A stretch of 64,000 nt of DNA, taken from contig JAHQYM010000002.1 in NCBI GenBank assembly GCA_024421095.1, positions 4,279-68,278 on the forward strand, written 5' to 3'. Made by a program: the position numbers and the translations under genes. The notes beneath the pieces were generated by a model. That model worked only from the letters and a program-made list of their open reading frames with translations. It did not search any database and was not told the DNA's origin. Source of the DNA: Acidimicrobiia bacterium. GTDB taxonomy: Bacteria; Actinomycetota; Acidimicrobiia; Acidimicrobiales; Aldehydirespiratoraceae. Every line of letters begins with the position of its first letter. The stretch's first letter is position 1. Shown here one piece after another: positions 1 to 8,877 of this stretch.

Positions 1-1345
1 CGGTTTCTTCAATCATGTACTGGATGGCTTTGTCAATGTCTCCGCCGCCGTGAGTTTCGATAGAGCCCTCATCGATTGGTAAGTCGGCAGTTAGATAGCG
101 CGAGAAAATTGGTACCGCCGCCTCAACATCGGGTCTTTCGATCTTGATTTTCACGTCTAGGCGGCCCGGGCGCAGAATCGCCGGATCAATCAGGTCTTCG
201 CGGTTGGAGGCACCGACCACGATCACATTGCGCAGCGTCTCAACGCCGTCAATCTCGGCTAGCAACTGCGGCACGATTGTGGATTCGATGTCGGAACTTA
301 TACCGCTGCCACGGGTACGGAATAGTGATTCCATCTCATCGAAAAAGACGATTACGGGCCAACCCTCTTCGCTTTTTTCTCGTGCTCGTTGAAACACGAG
401 GCGGATCTGGCGCTCCGTCTCGCCCACATATTTGTTGAGCAGTTCGGGGCCTTTGATGTTGAGAAAAAAGCTTCGTGCTTTGCTATCGCCGGTGACTTCA
501 GCGACTTTGCTGGCCAAACTGTTGGCGACGGCTTTGGCGATCAGGGTTTTGCCGCAGCCGGGTGGGCCGTAGAGCAGGATCCCTTTTGGTGCGGGCAGGT
601 CGTAATCCTGGAACAAAGCAGCATGCACAAACGGCAGTTCAACCGCATCGGTGATCGCCTCAATTTGCTGGTCAAGCCCACCGACATCGGCATAAGAAAC
701 ATCGGGCACCTCTTCAAGTATCAAACTCTCCACTTCGGGACGCGGCAAACGTTCCAAAACGATACCTGCACGAGGATCGATCAGCAAACTGTCGCCACTA
801 CGCAAAGGTGTTTGGCGCAAACTGTCGCCTATTTCAACGACGCGTTCGTCGTCACCGTGGCCAATTACCAAAGCTCGGCTGTTGCTGTCGAGCAGTTCTT
901 TGAGGATTGCTACTTCTCCGAAACGCACCTGCCGGCGTGCAAGGATCACGTTGAGCGAATCGTTGAGCACCACTTCGCAGCCGCGGTTCAGCGACCGCCG
1001 TAACTCGGGTTGCACTTCCACGCGCATTTTGCGGTCGCCAGCAAACACATCAACCGTTCCGTCTTCATTAAGGTTAAGCACTGTGCCGTAACCAGACGGC
1101 GGTTGCGTTAGCTTGCTGACCTCTTCACGCAAATTAGCGATGTGTTCACGTGCTTCGCGCAGCGTGGAAGCAAACTTTTGGTTTTGGTTGGACACTTTGC
1201 TTAGCTGCTTGCGTGTTTCACCGAGATTTTTTTCTAACGTCATGATGCGCTTGGTTGGGTCTTGTTGGCCGACCGCAATGAGTTCGTCTTCCAACTCAGC
1301 GACGCGCATGCGAAGTTGGTTGATCTCGGTTTGTGAGTTATCCAC
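1..1345 (-). CDS. arc: Proteasome-associated AAA ATPase ARC/Mpa. Partial: the C-terminal end runs off the left edge of the window.
   Basis: My reverse-strand translation starts at GTG 1345 and reads [22 protein letters not shown] (coiled coil). It continues through an OB-like region to Walker A GPPGCGKT and Walker [11 protein letters not shown], then [20 protein letters not shown]. An SD GGAGGA lies at 1349-1354 (minus), 3 nt upstream of the GTG. The ORF is missing from the supplied track because it has no stop inside the window. The + strand ORFs listed at 144-1379 are antisense to it. Confidence 0.9.
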   Translation of the reverse strand, partial: MDNSQTEINQLRMRVAELEDELIAVGQQDPTKRIMTLEKNLGETRKQLSKVSNQNQKFASTLREAREHIANLREEVSKLTQPPSGYGTVLNLNEDGTVDVFAGDRKMRVEVQPELRRSLNRGCEVVLNDSLNVILARRQVRFGEVAILKELLDSNSRALVIGHGDDERVVEIGDSLRQTPLRSGDSLLIDPRAGIVLERLPRPEVESLILEEVPDVSYADVGGLDQQIEAITDAVELPFVHAALFQDYDLPAPKGILLYGPPGCGKTLIAKAVANSLASKVAEVTGDSKARSFFLNIKGPELLNKYVGETERQIRLVFQRAREKSEEGWPVIVFFDEMESLFRTRGSGISSDIESTIVPQLLAEIDGVETLRNVIVVGASNREDLIDPAILRPGRLDVKIKIERPDVEAAVPIFSRYLTADLPIDEGSIETHGGGDIDKAIQYMIEET

Positions 1346-1551
1346 GCTTCCTCCTAGGTTTGCGTTAGCGTTACCCTAGACAATCGCAAGGCTACTTTTG
1401 TTGATGGGCTTTTACGCTTTTGCCCGCCACCACAAACAGTTTTTGAATTTATTTTCCCCCGTTGCCCAAAGATCCCATTTTGCCGCTACGCTTGGCCGTT
1501 GATATTCACTAGCGGCATAGTCCGCATTCACACATGAGGTCGTAACGTCAC

Positions 1552-1785
1552 ATGAAGGTTTGGATCGATCAGGATCTTTGCACTGGTGATGGTCTCTGCG
1601 AAGAGATCGCACCCGATGTTTTTACGCTTCTCGACGATGGCCTAGCCTACGTTCGGGAAGGCGACAAAATATTCTCAGACCCCGGTGGCCCAGAGGGTCT
1701 TGCCGTGGTGCCAGATGGTCAAGAAGAAGCAACTATAGAATCAGCCGAAGAATGCCCCGGGGAGTGCATTTTTATCGAAGTCTGA
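1552..1785 (+). CDS. Small single-cluster ferredoxin (3Fe-4S/4Fe-4S type), 77 aa
   Basis: The Cys pattern is C-T-G-D-G-L-C near the N-terminus plus CPGEC near the C-terminus (CxxDxxC...CP). The protein is acidic and of typical ferredoxin size. Confidence 0.8.
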   Translation: MKVWIDQDLCTGDGLCEEIAPDVFTLLDDGLAYVREGDKIFSDPGGPEGLAVVPDGQEEATIESAEECPGECIFIEV

Positions 1786-1817
1786 AAGTTCTCAGGATCA
1801 GCGGACAAGACAATACT

Positions 1818-1888
1818 TGAGCCGCTACTCCCTACTCCCTACTCCCCAATGAGCTACTCCGTACTCCTCAATGAGCCGCTACTCCCCA
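1818..1888. repeat. Imperfect tandem repeat. Three copies of TGAGC(CG)CTACTCC carry variable numbers of the heptamer (C/G)TACTCC, six heptamers in total.
   Basis: Read directly: tgagccg ctactcc ctactcc ctactcc cca / a tgagctactcc gtactcc tca / a tgagccgctactcc cca. It fills the convergent gap between the ferredoxin stop (1785) and the trmI stop (1879-1881). The last unit supplies the trmI C-terminal codons G-E-stop. Confidence 0.8.
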
Positions 1889-2658
1889 AATAGTCTTGCG
1901 CTAGTCAGAAAACCCGTGTGTGCGACCATGCGATGATCGGGTCGCACTGCCCGATCCACCACATGCCAACCGCGGTTCAATACTTCTATGGTTTGTGCCA
2001 CACCAAAATGCTCGTCTTCAAGACTCTTGTGCAGGTGAGAGACTTGCATAATGCTTGGCGTGTAGGCAACGAAGATACCGCCTAGACGGAGCGCTCGCGC
2101 CGCGTGGGGAACCACTTGCCACGGTTCGGGAAGGTCTAGCACCACACGGTCTAGGTCTTGAACTGCAATGCCCTCATACGCGTCTTGGTGGTGCGTGTGG
2201 TAGCGCTCGAGAGCTTCCGTTCCCAAAAACCGGCTGACGTTATTGATGGCTTTGGTCAAGAAATCTTCACGTATCTCATAGCCCACAATAGTTGCTCCAG
2301 CCCGCAGCATGGCAGTCGAGGCGGCACCGCTTCCGAGACCAGATTCGAAGACCCGAGCACCGGGGAAAATATCTGCCAAGATCAGCAACGGGCCGAGGTC
2401 TTTGGGGTAGATAACCTGTGCACCTCGCGGCATCTTCAAAACAAAGTCGGTGATGGTGGGCCGTAACGCAACGAAACCCATGCCTCTGCTTGAACGCAAA
2501 TGGGTACCTTCGTCAGCACCGATCAACTCGTCGTGGCTCAGCACCCCGGAATGTGTGTGAAACTCCCCACCACTCACAAGGTCAATGAGATAACGGCGTT
2601 TCTTGCGGTCGATCAGTAAGACCATTTCGCCCACCTGCAACGGCCCGCGTGCGGTCAT
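1879..2658 (-). CDS. trmI: tRNA (adenine58-N1)-methyltransferase TrmI
   Basis: MTARGPLQVGEMVLL...EFHTHSGVLSHDELIG...MPRGAQVIYPKD and the SAM-binding stretch VFESGLGSGAAS match my recollection of M. tuberculosis Rv2118c. I prefer ATG 2658 over the track's TTG 2676 because of the N-terminal alignment MSATGPFSIGE / MTARGPLQVGE. The arc-neighbour synteny matches mycobacteria. Confidence 0.85.
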   Translation of the reverse strand: MTARGPLQVGEMVLLIDRKKRRYLIDLVSGGEFHTHSGVLSHDELIGADEGTHLRSSRGMGFVALRPTITDFVLKMPRGAQVIYPKDLGPLLILADIFPGARVFESGLGSGAASTAMLRAGATIVGYEIREDFLTKAINNVSRFLGTEALERYHTHHQDAYEGIAVQDLDRVVLDLPEPWQVVPHAARALRLGGIFVAYTPSIMQVSHLHKSLEDEHFGVAQTIEVLNRGWHVVDRAVRPDHRMVAHTGFLTSARLFGE

Positions 2659-2672
2659 GGTTGAAGCCTGCG

Positions 2673-2903
2673 TCAATCTGACTCAAGGTGTCGGATTAGC
2701 AATGATTCACCCACCGTTAGCTTCTCAGAGAATTTGACTGGCGGCTCCCCTCGTTTCGTGACTTTGGCTATCTGGCGCCAAACCATGCGCGCAATGAAGA
2801 CGCTTAGCCAAAAACGCGAACCACCCAAGAGTCCCTTACGAAAACTGTTGGCCCTAAAAGAGGCGAATAGCGAGCCCAACGCCACCCCAAACACCGAGTT
2901 CAA
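2673..2903 (-). CDS. Hypothetical small, probably membrane-associated protein (76 aa)
   Basis: The ORF exactly fills the gap between the upstream small ORF and trmI. Its TTG start overlaps the upstream stop (TTGA at 2900-2903). It has hydrophobic/amphipathic segments (GVALGSLFASF, FWLSVFIARMVW). I recognise no confident family. Confidence 0.4.
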   Translation of the reverse strand: MNSVFGVALGSLFASFRANSFRKGLLGGSRFWLSVFIARMVWRQIAKVTKRGEPPVKFSEKLTVGESLLIRHLESD

Positions 2904-3124
2904 ATCCGCCGGATTTCGACCACGGTTGATCGCGTGGTACCCGCACGGCGGCCGAGAAAGTAAGCAACCACAAGCAACGCAACGCCTGCGCCGATAGCAA
3001 CCGGGAGCAATCTCCGCGCGCTGCTCATCGCTTTTTCTTCAACTTCGCCAACCACTGAACGCAGCGTGGAATCAAGATCATCGGGCGTTATTGGGCTTTC
3101 GCTGGCGGACTTGTTTGTGTTCAC
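2900..3124 (-). CDS. Hypothetical tail-anchored membrane protein (74 aa from GTG 3124)
   Basis: The internal GTG at 3124 overlaps the upstream stop as GTGA (3121-3124). The N-terminal half is polar and acidic, followed by a single C-terminal TM (LLPVAIGAGVALLVVAYFLG). The architecture resembles DUF883/DUF3618 (recollection only). Confidence 0.5.
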   Translation of the reverse strand: MNTNKSASESPITPDDLDSTLRSVVGEVEEKAMSSARRLLPVAIGAGVALLVVAYFLGRRAGTTRSTVVEIRRI

Positions 3125-3417
3125 AATGTCCTCTTTCTGATCTGTTGAAACAGGAAACCAAGCACCACACAAACCGCGAGCAGAGTGAGGGCATATGGTG
3201 CCCAACTCAGGTTGCCGCTAAAGACGCTGCCAGTTTCTTCTTGGAGCACCCGCAAGGTGGCGAGAGTTCCAAGGATCCCGGCGATCATCAGTAACGCCGA
3301 ACCGACTAGCCCGAAGGCGACCCAGCGAGGCACCGGCCGCAGTGGTTCAAGCAATTCTTGAAGAGCGTAGTTTTTGACTAGGTCAAAGAAGTCTTGAGGC
3401 CCTTTTGGTTTTTTCAT
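3121..3417 (-). CDS. Hypothetical two-TM membrane protein with holin-X/YqjE-like topology (98 aa)
   Basis: A charged N-terminus (MKKPKGPQDFFDLVKNY) is followed by two hydrophobic helices, WVAFGLVGSALLMIAGILGTLA and YALTLLAVCVVLGFLF. It is the first of three translationally coupled small ORFs. Confidence 0.55.
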   Translation of the reverse strand: MKKPKGPQDFFDLVKNYALQELLEPLRPVPRWVAFGLVGSALLMIAGILGTLATLRVLQEETGSVFSGNLSWAPYALTLLAVCVVLGFLFQQIRKRTL

Positions 3418-3456
3418 GAGTTCCTAGCTTAGGGGTGAATGTTTGACTGCACACGC

Positions 3457-4923
3457 TCAACTAGTTTGTTGCGTGTTTACGACCGCTAGCGGGCTAATTG
3501 ATTCTTGGGGTGGACCGTAGTTTTCGGGATAGGCAGCCACTGTTTCCAGCAAGCTGGTTTGAATGCTGTTGCATGGTTGGAAGTCTTCAGCAGCAGCGAG
3601 TTCGGTGTCGGCGTTGGCGATCAAGGTGAAGGTTATGGTTGCGCCGTTGCTTGCGATCATTTCGCCTACTAGAGCAGTCACAGACCCTCGGTCTGCGCTG
3701 AGAATACGCATGTTCGTGCCGCCTAGCGGGGCACATGGTGCCAGCACACTAGCCGCAATCGGGGTGAGCGCCGACCTTGCGATCCCGTCGGTGGCGTTCC
3801 TTTCGATGATGGCCATGAGCAGGTCGCAGGTGACCTTATTTTGATCGGACAAACCCGAGCCATCGCGGGGTTGGTTACCTTCAATCGGTAGACCTTGCTG
3901 AAAAAGAGCCACCAGCATTCCGTAGAAAGCATCGTTGGAAGCAGACGACAAGCCGTTGGTGCGGCCCACCTCTTTGAAAAGCATTTCTGCGGTCGTTGCG
4001 TCTAGGAGTGCCCGCATGGCGATCTCTGCGATCGCTGGAGATTCGATTTTCGCGAGTTCTACCTGATCAGCCGAAGGTGGTTGCTCACCACTTCGAGGGT
4101 CACCGTTGATGTTTATGCCTCGTCTAATCAATAATTCGGTTAGTAACGCTGCGGCATTGGTAGCGGGGTCTTCGGCGCGGGTTATGGACTCGGTTTGGCG
4201 ATCCCAAATGAATCCGTCGTTGACTAACAATCCAGATAGCGGGCCGACCTCATTGTTGGCGTTGTCGGTTTCGCTCCACACCGTGCCCACATAGTCGGTC
4301 TCCCTTGGTGAGAAGCGGAACTCGTCACCGACTACTGCGCCATTTATGCTAGTAATGCCGCGCCGTCTCAGTGCCGCTGAGAGTTCAGCTGCGAGTTGAT
4401 CGAAGCTAGTCGCGGTGCGTTCGGTAGCAAAGCGCGACAAGTAATCACTAGTCGACAATACTGGGTCTGCCCCGCCCACCAAAAAGATGTCGCCTTCAAG
4501 TACCCCTGCGTTGATGACGGAGGTTTCATTGCCAACAACTTTGGTAACGAAGACGGTGTCGGGTGGGAAGTTCGCAACAGCAGCAACTGTTACGAGGCGT
4601 TGCAATTCTGCGGGTACAAGACCGCTATTGGAGTTCTCGGCAGCGATCTCAATGCCGTCGCGGTGAACTTTGAGGCAGCGGTTCGTGGGCACTGAAGGCT
4701 TGTTCAAAACACGGCTCAAGGCTACCGAAAACTCCTCATTAGAACGGGGGCGGCGCAACCATTCGGGTATGCGGCGGGCATTTAGAACGGGTGTGTTCAG
4801 TGAAGCAGTTACGTTGGTGGTGTTGGGCGCTTCGGGTTCTACGGCTTTGTTGGCGCGATCGGCGAGAACGCTAGCAGTGAGTATCACCGCCAAGATGGCT
4901 GACAGCAAGAGAAGTCGGCGCAT
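3457..4923 (-). CDS. PBP4/DacB-family (peptidase S13) D-Ala-D-Ala carboxypeptidase homologue, secreted, with substituted catalytic motifs
   Basis: It has an N-terminal signal/TM (MRRLLLLSAILAVILTASVLA) and family-typical blocks: FLVGGADPVLS, DGSGLSDQNKVT, and a C-terminal ...ALVGEMIASNGATITFTLIAN. The expected PASxxK reads PAELQR (codons 4597-4614). The expected AKTG reads ADRG (D411 at 3691-3693). Confidence 0.75.
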   Translation of the reverse strand: MRRLLLLSAILAVILTASVLADRANKAVEPEAPNTTNVTASLNTPVLNARRIPEWLRRPRSNEEFSVALSRVLNKPSVPTNRCLKVHRDGIEIAAENSNSGLVPAELQRLVTVAAVANFPPDTVFVTKVVGNETSVINAGVLEGDIFLVGGADPVLSTSDYLSRFATERTATSFDQLAAELSAALRRRGITSINGAVVGDEFRFSPRETDYVGTVWSETDNANNEVGPLSGLLVNDGFIWDRQTESITRAEDPATNAAALLTELLIRRGININGDPRSGEQPPSADQVELAKIESPAIAEIAMRALLDATTAEMLFKEVGRTNGLSSASNDAFYGMLVALFQQGLPIEGNQPRDGSGLSDQNKVTCDLLMAIIERNATDGIARSALTPIAASVLAPCAPLGGTNMRILSADRGSVTALVGEMIASNGATITFTLIANADTELAAAEDFQPCNSIQTSLLETVAAYPENYGPPQESISPLAVVNTQQTS

Positions 4924-4935
4924 TGCTAATGCAGG

Positions 4936-5583
4936 TTAGGCGCGCGGGGCGCTGGTTGGGACATATGCCTTTGCGTCACCCGCGGGTCGCAACGCAGCTC
5001 GAAAGAGGTCTCGGACATGGTTCAAGCGGTCGGCTAAAGCGTCATCGCCGAGCGGGTCACGTTCGAGCAAATCGGCAATAAACGGCACATCACTGAAATA
5101 AGACAAGAGCGCGCCGTAGCCGGTTATGAGCAGTTGCTCGGCATCATGGCGACGGAATCTGCCGGCCGCCATTTCTTGTTCAAAGTATTGCGTGGCGCGC
5201 ATAAAGAGAGGTTTGAGGGCGAGTCCGAGTTCAATATGGCGGGTGCCTTCTTCTGCTAAAGCTTCGCGGCGCACGATCCGCACGAAATCTGGGTTGTGCA
5301 TAAAGAACTCGAATCCGGCTGTGAGCACGAAATCCACTAGATCCCAACCATCGGCGGAGGTTTGCGAGATAGCGCTTTCGACGCGTTCATACCATTCTGC
5401 GAGCGCCCGTTCGAAGACCTCGCGGTACATGGCTTCTTTGCTTGGAAAATGGTGGAGCAGGCTTTGGCGGCGCACCCCGACAACCGCGGCGATATCGTTA
5501 AGCGAAGTGCCGTTGAATCCTCGTTCTGCAAACAGTCGGCGGGTTGCTGTTACAATGGCTTCCCTCGTTGGTGTCTCACCCAC
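4936..5583 (-). CDS. TetR/AcrR family transcriptional regulator
   Basis: N-terminal HTH: [44 protein letters not shown] start at 5583. It is divergent from tkt. Confidence 0.85.
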   Translation of the reverse strand: MGETPTREAIVTATRRLFAERGFNGTSLNDIAAVVGVRRQSLLHHFPSKEAMYREVFERALAEWYERVESAISQTSADGWDLVDFVLTAGFEFFMHNPDFVRIVRREALAEEGTRHIELGLALKPLFMRATQYFEQEMAAGRFRRHDAEQLLITGYGALLSYFSDVPFIADLLERDPLGDDALADRLNHVRDLFRAALRPAGDAKAYVPTSAPRA

Positions 5584-5647
5584 GTATTAGAGCGTAGTGG
5601 TCTGTGTGCTGACTTGGTGGTAGCGTGTGGGCGATTAGGAGGGACTA

Positions 5648-7627
5648 ATGAACGACTTTGACGGGCGTGCCATCGCAATGATTCGAGGTTTCGCTATGGA
5701 TGCGCCACACGCCGCTCGTTCAGGGCATCAAGGCACTGCCATGGCTTTAGCACCGCTCGCTCATGTGCTCTTCAGCCGCATCATGACCTATGATGCCGCG
5801 AACCCTGATTGGCCCGACCGGGATCGCTTCGTCTTGTCGGCTGGCCATGCTTCGATATTGCATTACAGCTTGCTTTATCTTGCTGGCTTTGGTCTTTCCC
5901 TTGATGATCTGCGCCAGTTCCGCCAATGGGCTTCGGCCACGCCGGGTCATCCCGAGGTGGGGCACACTGCTGGCGTGGAGGTCACCACCGGGCCGTTGGG
6001 TCAGGGTGTAGCAAACATGGTGGGCATGGCTATTGTCGAGGAACAAATGCGTGCTCGTTTCGGTGCCGCATTGTTTGACCACGGCGTTTTTGGCATTTGT
6101 GGTGATGGTGACCTCAGCGAGGGGGTGAGCCATGAAGCGGCCTCTTTAGCGGGTCACCTCGGCTTGGGCAAGATTGTTTTGTGTTATGACGACAACCATG
6201 TCACCATTGATGGCGGAACCGAGCTTGCTTTGAGTGACGACGCTGCGGCGCGCTTTCGGGCTTATGGTTGGCATGTAGTTGAACTCGGTGATGATGCCGA
6301 AAACCTCGACCACCTCGAAGCTGGGATTCGTCAAGCAATGCAGGTTACGAATCAACCCAGTTTGGTGATTCTGCGCAGCACGATCGGCACCCCCGCACCG
6401 CATTCCGCAGGTACCGCTGCCGCGCATGGCTACAGCATCTTTGCTGAGGAAATCGCGGCCACCAAAGCAATCATGGGTTTGCCCGAAGATCAGACCTTCT
6501 TTGTCGACAAGGAAATTTTGGAGCAGTACCGCCAAATCGGAGTGCGCGGTGGTGTGCAGCGTCAAACCTGGCAGGCAAGACGCAACGCTTTTGCTGGCAA
6601 CCGTGAGTTGCTAGACGCGCAGCTAAGCGGAACGGGTATGGCGGGTTGGCAAGACACGCTGCCCTCGTTTGCGGTTGGGGATTCAATAGCCACACGTCAA
6701 GCATCCAACGCAACCCTTCAAGCACTAACGGCGGTGGTGCCTGGCCTCAGTGGTGGTGGTGCCGACCTTACTGGCAACAGCGGCACCGCAATCGCCGATC
6801 ACGGCGTGTTTAGTGTAGACGACCGCCGTGGCAGGCAAATCTACTTCGGTGTGCGCGAACACGCCATGGCGGCTATTGCCAACGGTATGGCTCTGCACGG
6901 TGGGGCAATCCCGGTGGTGGGAACGTTTTTGGTGTTCGCCGATTACATGCGCGCCGCGGTGCGCCTCTCGGCTTTGTCTGGCGCACACGCAATCTTCGTG
7001 TGGAGTCACGATTCTGTGGGGGTGGGCGAAGATGGCCCCACCCATCAGCCGGTCGAACAGTTGGCTTCGCTGCGCGCCATCCCCGAGTTGCGGGTTATTC
7101 GGCCTGCGGATGCCAACGAAACGGCCGCTGCCTGGAAGGTGGCGATTGGTTCACCTGGGCCCACCGCTTTGATCTTGACCCGCCAGAATACACCGGTGCT
7201 TGAAGGCACCGAGCGCGGCGAATTGGCTTCGGGTGCCTATGTCTTGCGTGAAACTGCTGGCGCGCAAATCACGCTAGTTGCGAGCGGTAGCGAGGTAGCC
7301 GTTTGTTTGGCCGCGGTGCAACAACTCGCGGTTCGCGGTGTGAGCGCACGTTTGGTGTCGATGCCTTCGTGGGAATTGTTTGCGGAAATGCCGAAGCAGT
7401 ATCAAACATCTGTTATTCGTCAAGACATCCCGTCGCTTGCCGTCGAAGCGGCTGCATCGTTTGGTTGGCATCGTTGGGTGGATGAAGTGCTAGCGATTGA
7501 TCGTTTTGGGGCTTCGGCACCAGGCGCGGTGGTTATGCGCGAATACGGGATTAGCCCAGAAAATGTGGCCACCCGAGCTTTTGAGTTACTTGACCGTCAA
7601 ACAACACCTGAGGTACCGGCACCATGA
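5648..7627 (+). CDS. tkt: Transketolase
   Basis: Motifs seen: SGHQGTAMALAP, the TPP-binding GDGDLSEGVSHEA, GEDGPTHQPVEQL, and DRFGASAP at the C-terminus. A strong SD AGGAGGG lies upstream of the ATG. Confidence 0.95.
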   Translation: MNDFDGRAIAMIRGFAMDAPHAARSGHQGTAMALAPLAHVLFSRIMTYDAANPDWPDRDRFVLSAGHASILHYSLLYLAGFGLSLDDLRQFRQWASATPGHPEVGHTAGVEVTTGPLGQGVANMVGMAIVEEQMRARFGAALFDHGVFGICGDGDLSEGVSHEAASLAGHLGLGKIVLCYDDNHVTIDGGTELALSDDAAARFRAYGWHVVELGDDAENLDHLEAGIRQAMQVTNQPSLVILRSTIGTPAPHSAGTAAAHGYSIFAEEIAATKAIMGLPEDQTFFVDKEILEQYRQIGVRGGVQRQTWQARRNAFAGNRELLDAQLSGTGMAGWQDTLPSFAVGDSIATRQASNATLQALTAVVPGLSGGGADLTGNSGTAIADHGVFSVDDRRGRQIYFGVREHAMAAIANGMALHGGAIPVVGTFLVFADYMRAAVRLSALSGAHAIFVWSHDSVGVGEDGPTHQPVEQLASLRAIPELRVIRPADANETAAAWKVAIGSPGPTALILTRQNTPVLEGTERGELASGAYVLRETAGAQITLVASGSEVAVCLAAVQQLAVRGVSARLVSMPSWELFAEMPKQYQTSVIRQDIPSLAVEAAASFGWHRWVDEVLAIDRFGASAPGAVVMREYGISPENVATRAFELLDRQTTPEVPAP

Positions 7628-8736
7628 ACCGCCTGCAACAACTATTCACTGAGCAAGGTCAAAGTCCTTGGCTTGACAACTTACGACGGGATTGGTTCCT
7701 TAACGGTGAACTTGAGCGTTGGGTCGACCAAGGCGTGCGTGGCCTCACCTCTAATCCAGCGATTTTCACGAAAGCTATCCTTGGTTCAGATGCCTACGAC
7801 GAACAGTTTTGGAACACCCTGAACGCAGGCTTGAGCGTTGAAGATGCGTACTGGGTTATGGTCACGGATGATATTTTGGCCGCGATCAAGATTTTGCGGC
7901 CCGTTTATGACCAGTCAGCCGGTTTGGACGGTTACGTTTCAGTAGAGGTTGACCCCAAACTTGCTCGAGACACTCAAAGAACCACTCAAGCGGCGCGGGC
8001 TTTGCACCAAGAAATTGATGCACCCAACTTGTATGTGAAAATACCTGCCACCCGCGAAGGTTTACCGTCTATCCAAACCATGATCGCTGAGCATCGCAGC
8101 ATCAATGTGACCTTGATCTTCTCCTTGCAACGTTATGCCGAAGTGATGAACGCTTACATTGCTGGCCTCGAAACGGCCACTGGCGACCTTAGCGACATCT
8201 CTAGCGTGGCATCGTTCTTCATTAGCCGCCTAGATAGTGAAGTTGACAAGCGCCTCGATCGGCTCGGCTCCCCCGCAGCGCAAGCGCTCAAAGGAAAAGC
8301 CGCTATTGCCTGCGGACAAATCGCTTATGAGATGTTTCTTGAGACCTTTTCGGGGCCGCGCTGGCAAGCATTAGCAGCACGCGGGGCTAGAGCACAGCGT
8401 CCTTTGTGGGCTTCCACATCAACCAAGGACCCTGCCTACCCCGCCACCATGTATGTCGACAACTTGATCGGGCCGAACACCGTCAACACGCTTCCCGACA
8501 GCACGGCCGAGGCGTTCGCAAGGCAGGGGGTAGTCACCCGAACCATCGACGACGATCTGCCAAGTGCGCACGCCGTGCTAGATCAGTTGGCAAACCTGGG
8601 CATTGATCTTGACGATGTCACCAATCAACTCGAAATTGAGGGCTTGGCCGCGTTCGAAAATAGCTTCGTTGAATTGCTTGATGCCCTCGAAACAAAAGTG
8701 ATCAAAGCGAAAGGTTGCAATCGCGATCACAGCTAG
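7624..8736 (+). CDS. tal: Transaldolase (long actinobacterial type)
   Basis: QSPWLDNLRR, GLTSNPAIF and the active-site block LYVKIPATREGL. The start overlaps the tkt stop (ATGA). Confidence 0.95.
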   Translation: MNRLQQLFTEQGQSPWLDNLRRDWFLNGELERWVDQGVRGLTSNPAIFTKAILGSDAYDEQFWNTLNAGLSVEDAYWVMVTDDILAAIKILRPVYDQSAGLDGYVSVEVDPKLARDTQRTTQAARALHQEIDAPNLYVKIPATREGLPSIQTMIAEHRSINVTLIFSLQRYAEVMNAYIAGLETATGDLSDISSVASFFISRLDSEVDKRLDRLGSPAAQALKGKAAIACGQIAYEMFLETFSGPRWQALAARGARAQRPLWASTSTKDPAYPATMYVDNLIGPNTVNTLPDSTAEAFARQGVVTRTIDDDLPSAHAVLDQLANLGIDLDDVTNQLEIEGLAAFENSFVELLDALETKVIKAKGCNRDHS

Positions 8737-8744
8737 TAAACTGC

Positions 8745-8760
8745 CACCACAACCGTGGTG
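8745..8760 (+). terminator. Weak hairpin after the tal stop (CACCAC-aacc-GTGGTG)
   Basis: A 6-bp perfect stem with a 4-nt loop sits 9 nt after the tal stop. There is no U tract, so it is only a candidate. Confidence 0.25.
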
Positions 8761-8877
8761 TGCCTTAGGGCATTGCTGCGGAGCCAGCGCCTTGGACGGA
8801 ACCGGCGCAGCATCCCGTAGGAGAAAACAGTTATTACGACCGAACGGGTACCCCTTTCTTCGAGTGAACTCGACCGA

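Noticed and set aside
144-1379. Four + strand ORFs (82, 204, 69 and 88 aa) covering the left end of the window
   Set aside because: They are antisense to an unmistakable ARC/Mpa AAA ATPase reading frame (Walker A/B, SD plus GTG at 1345). That frame is missing from the track only because it has no in-window stop. Their composition (R/S/A/T-rich, no motifs) is typical of shadow ORFs.
1482-1516. A 7-bp inverted repeat GCCGCTA...TAGCGGC and a 3-codon mini-ORF upstream of the ferredoxin gene
   Set aside because: The stem is short and the loop is 21 nt. The mini-ORF (ATG AGG TCG TAA) has no SD. I see no basis for calling a regulatory element beyond a generic divergent promoter region.
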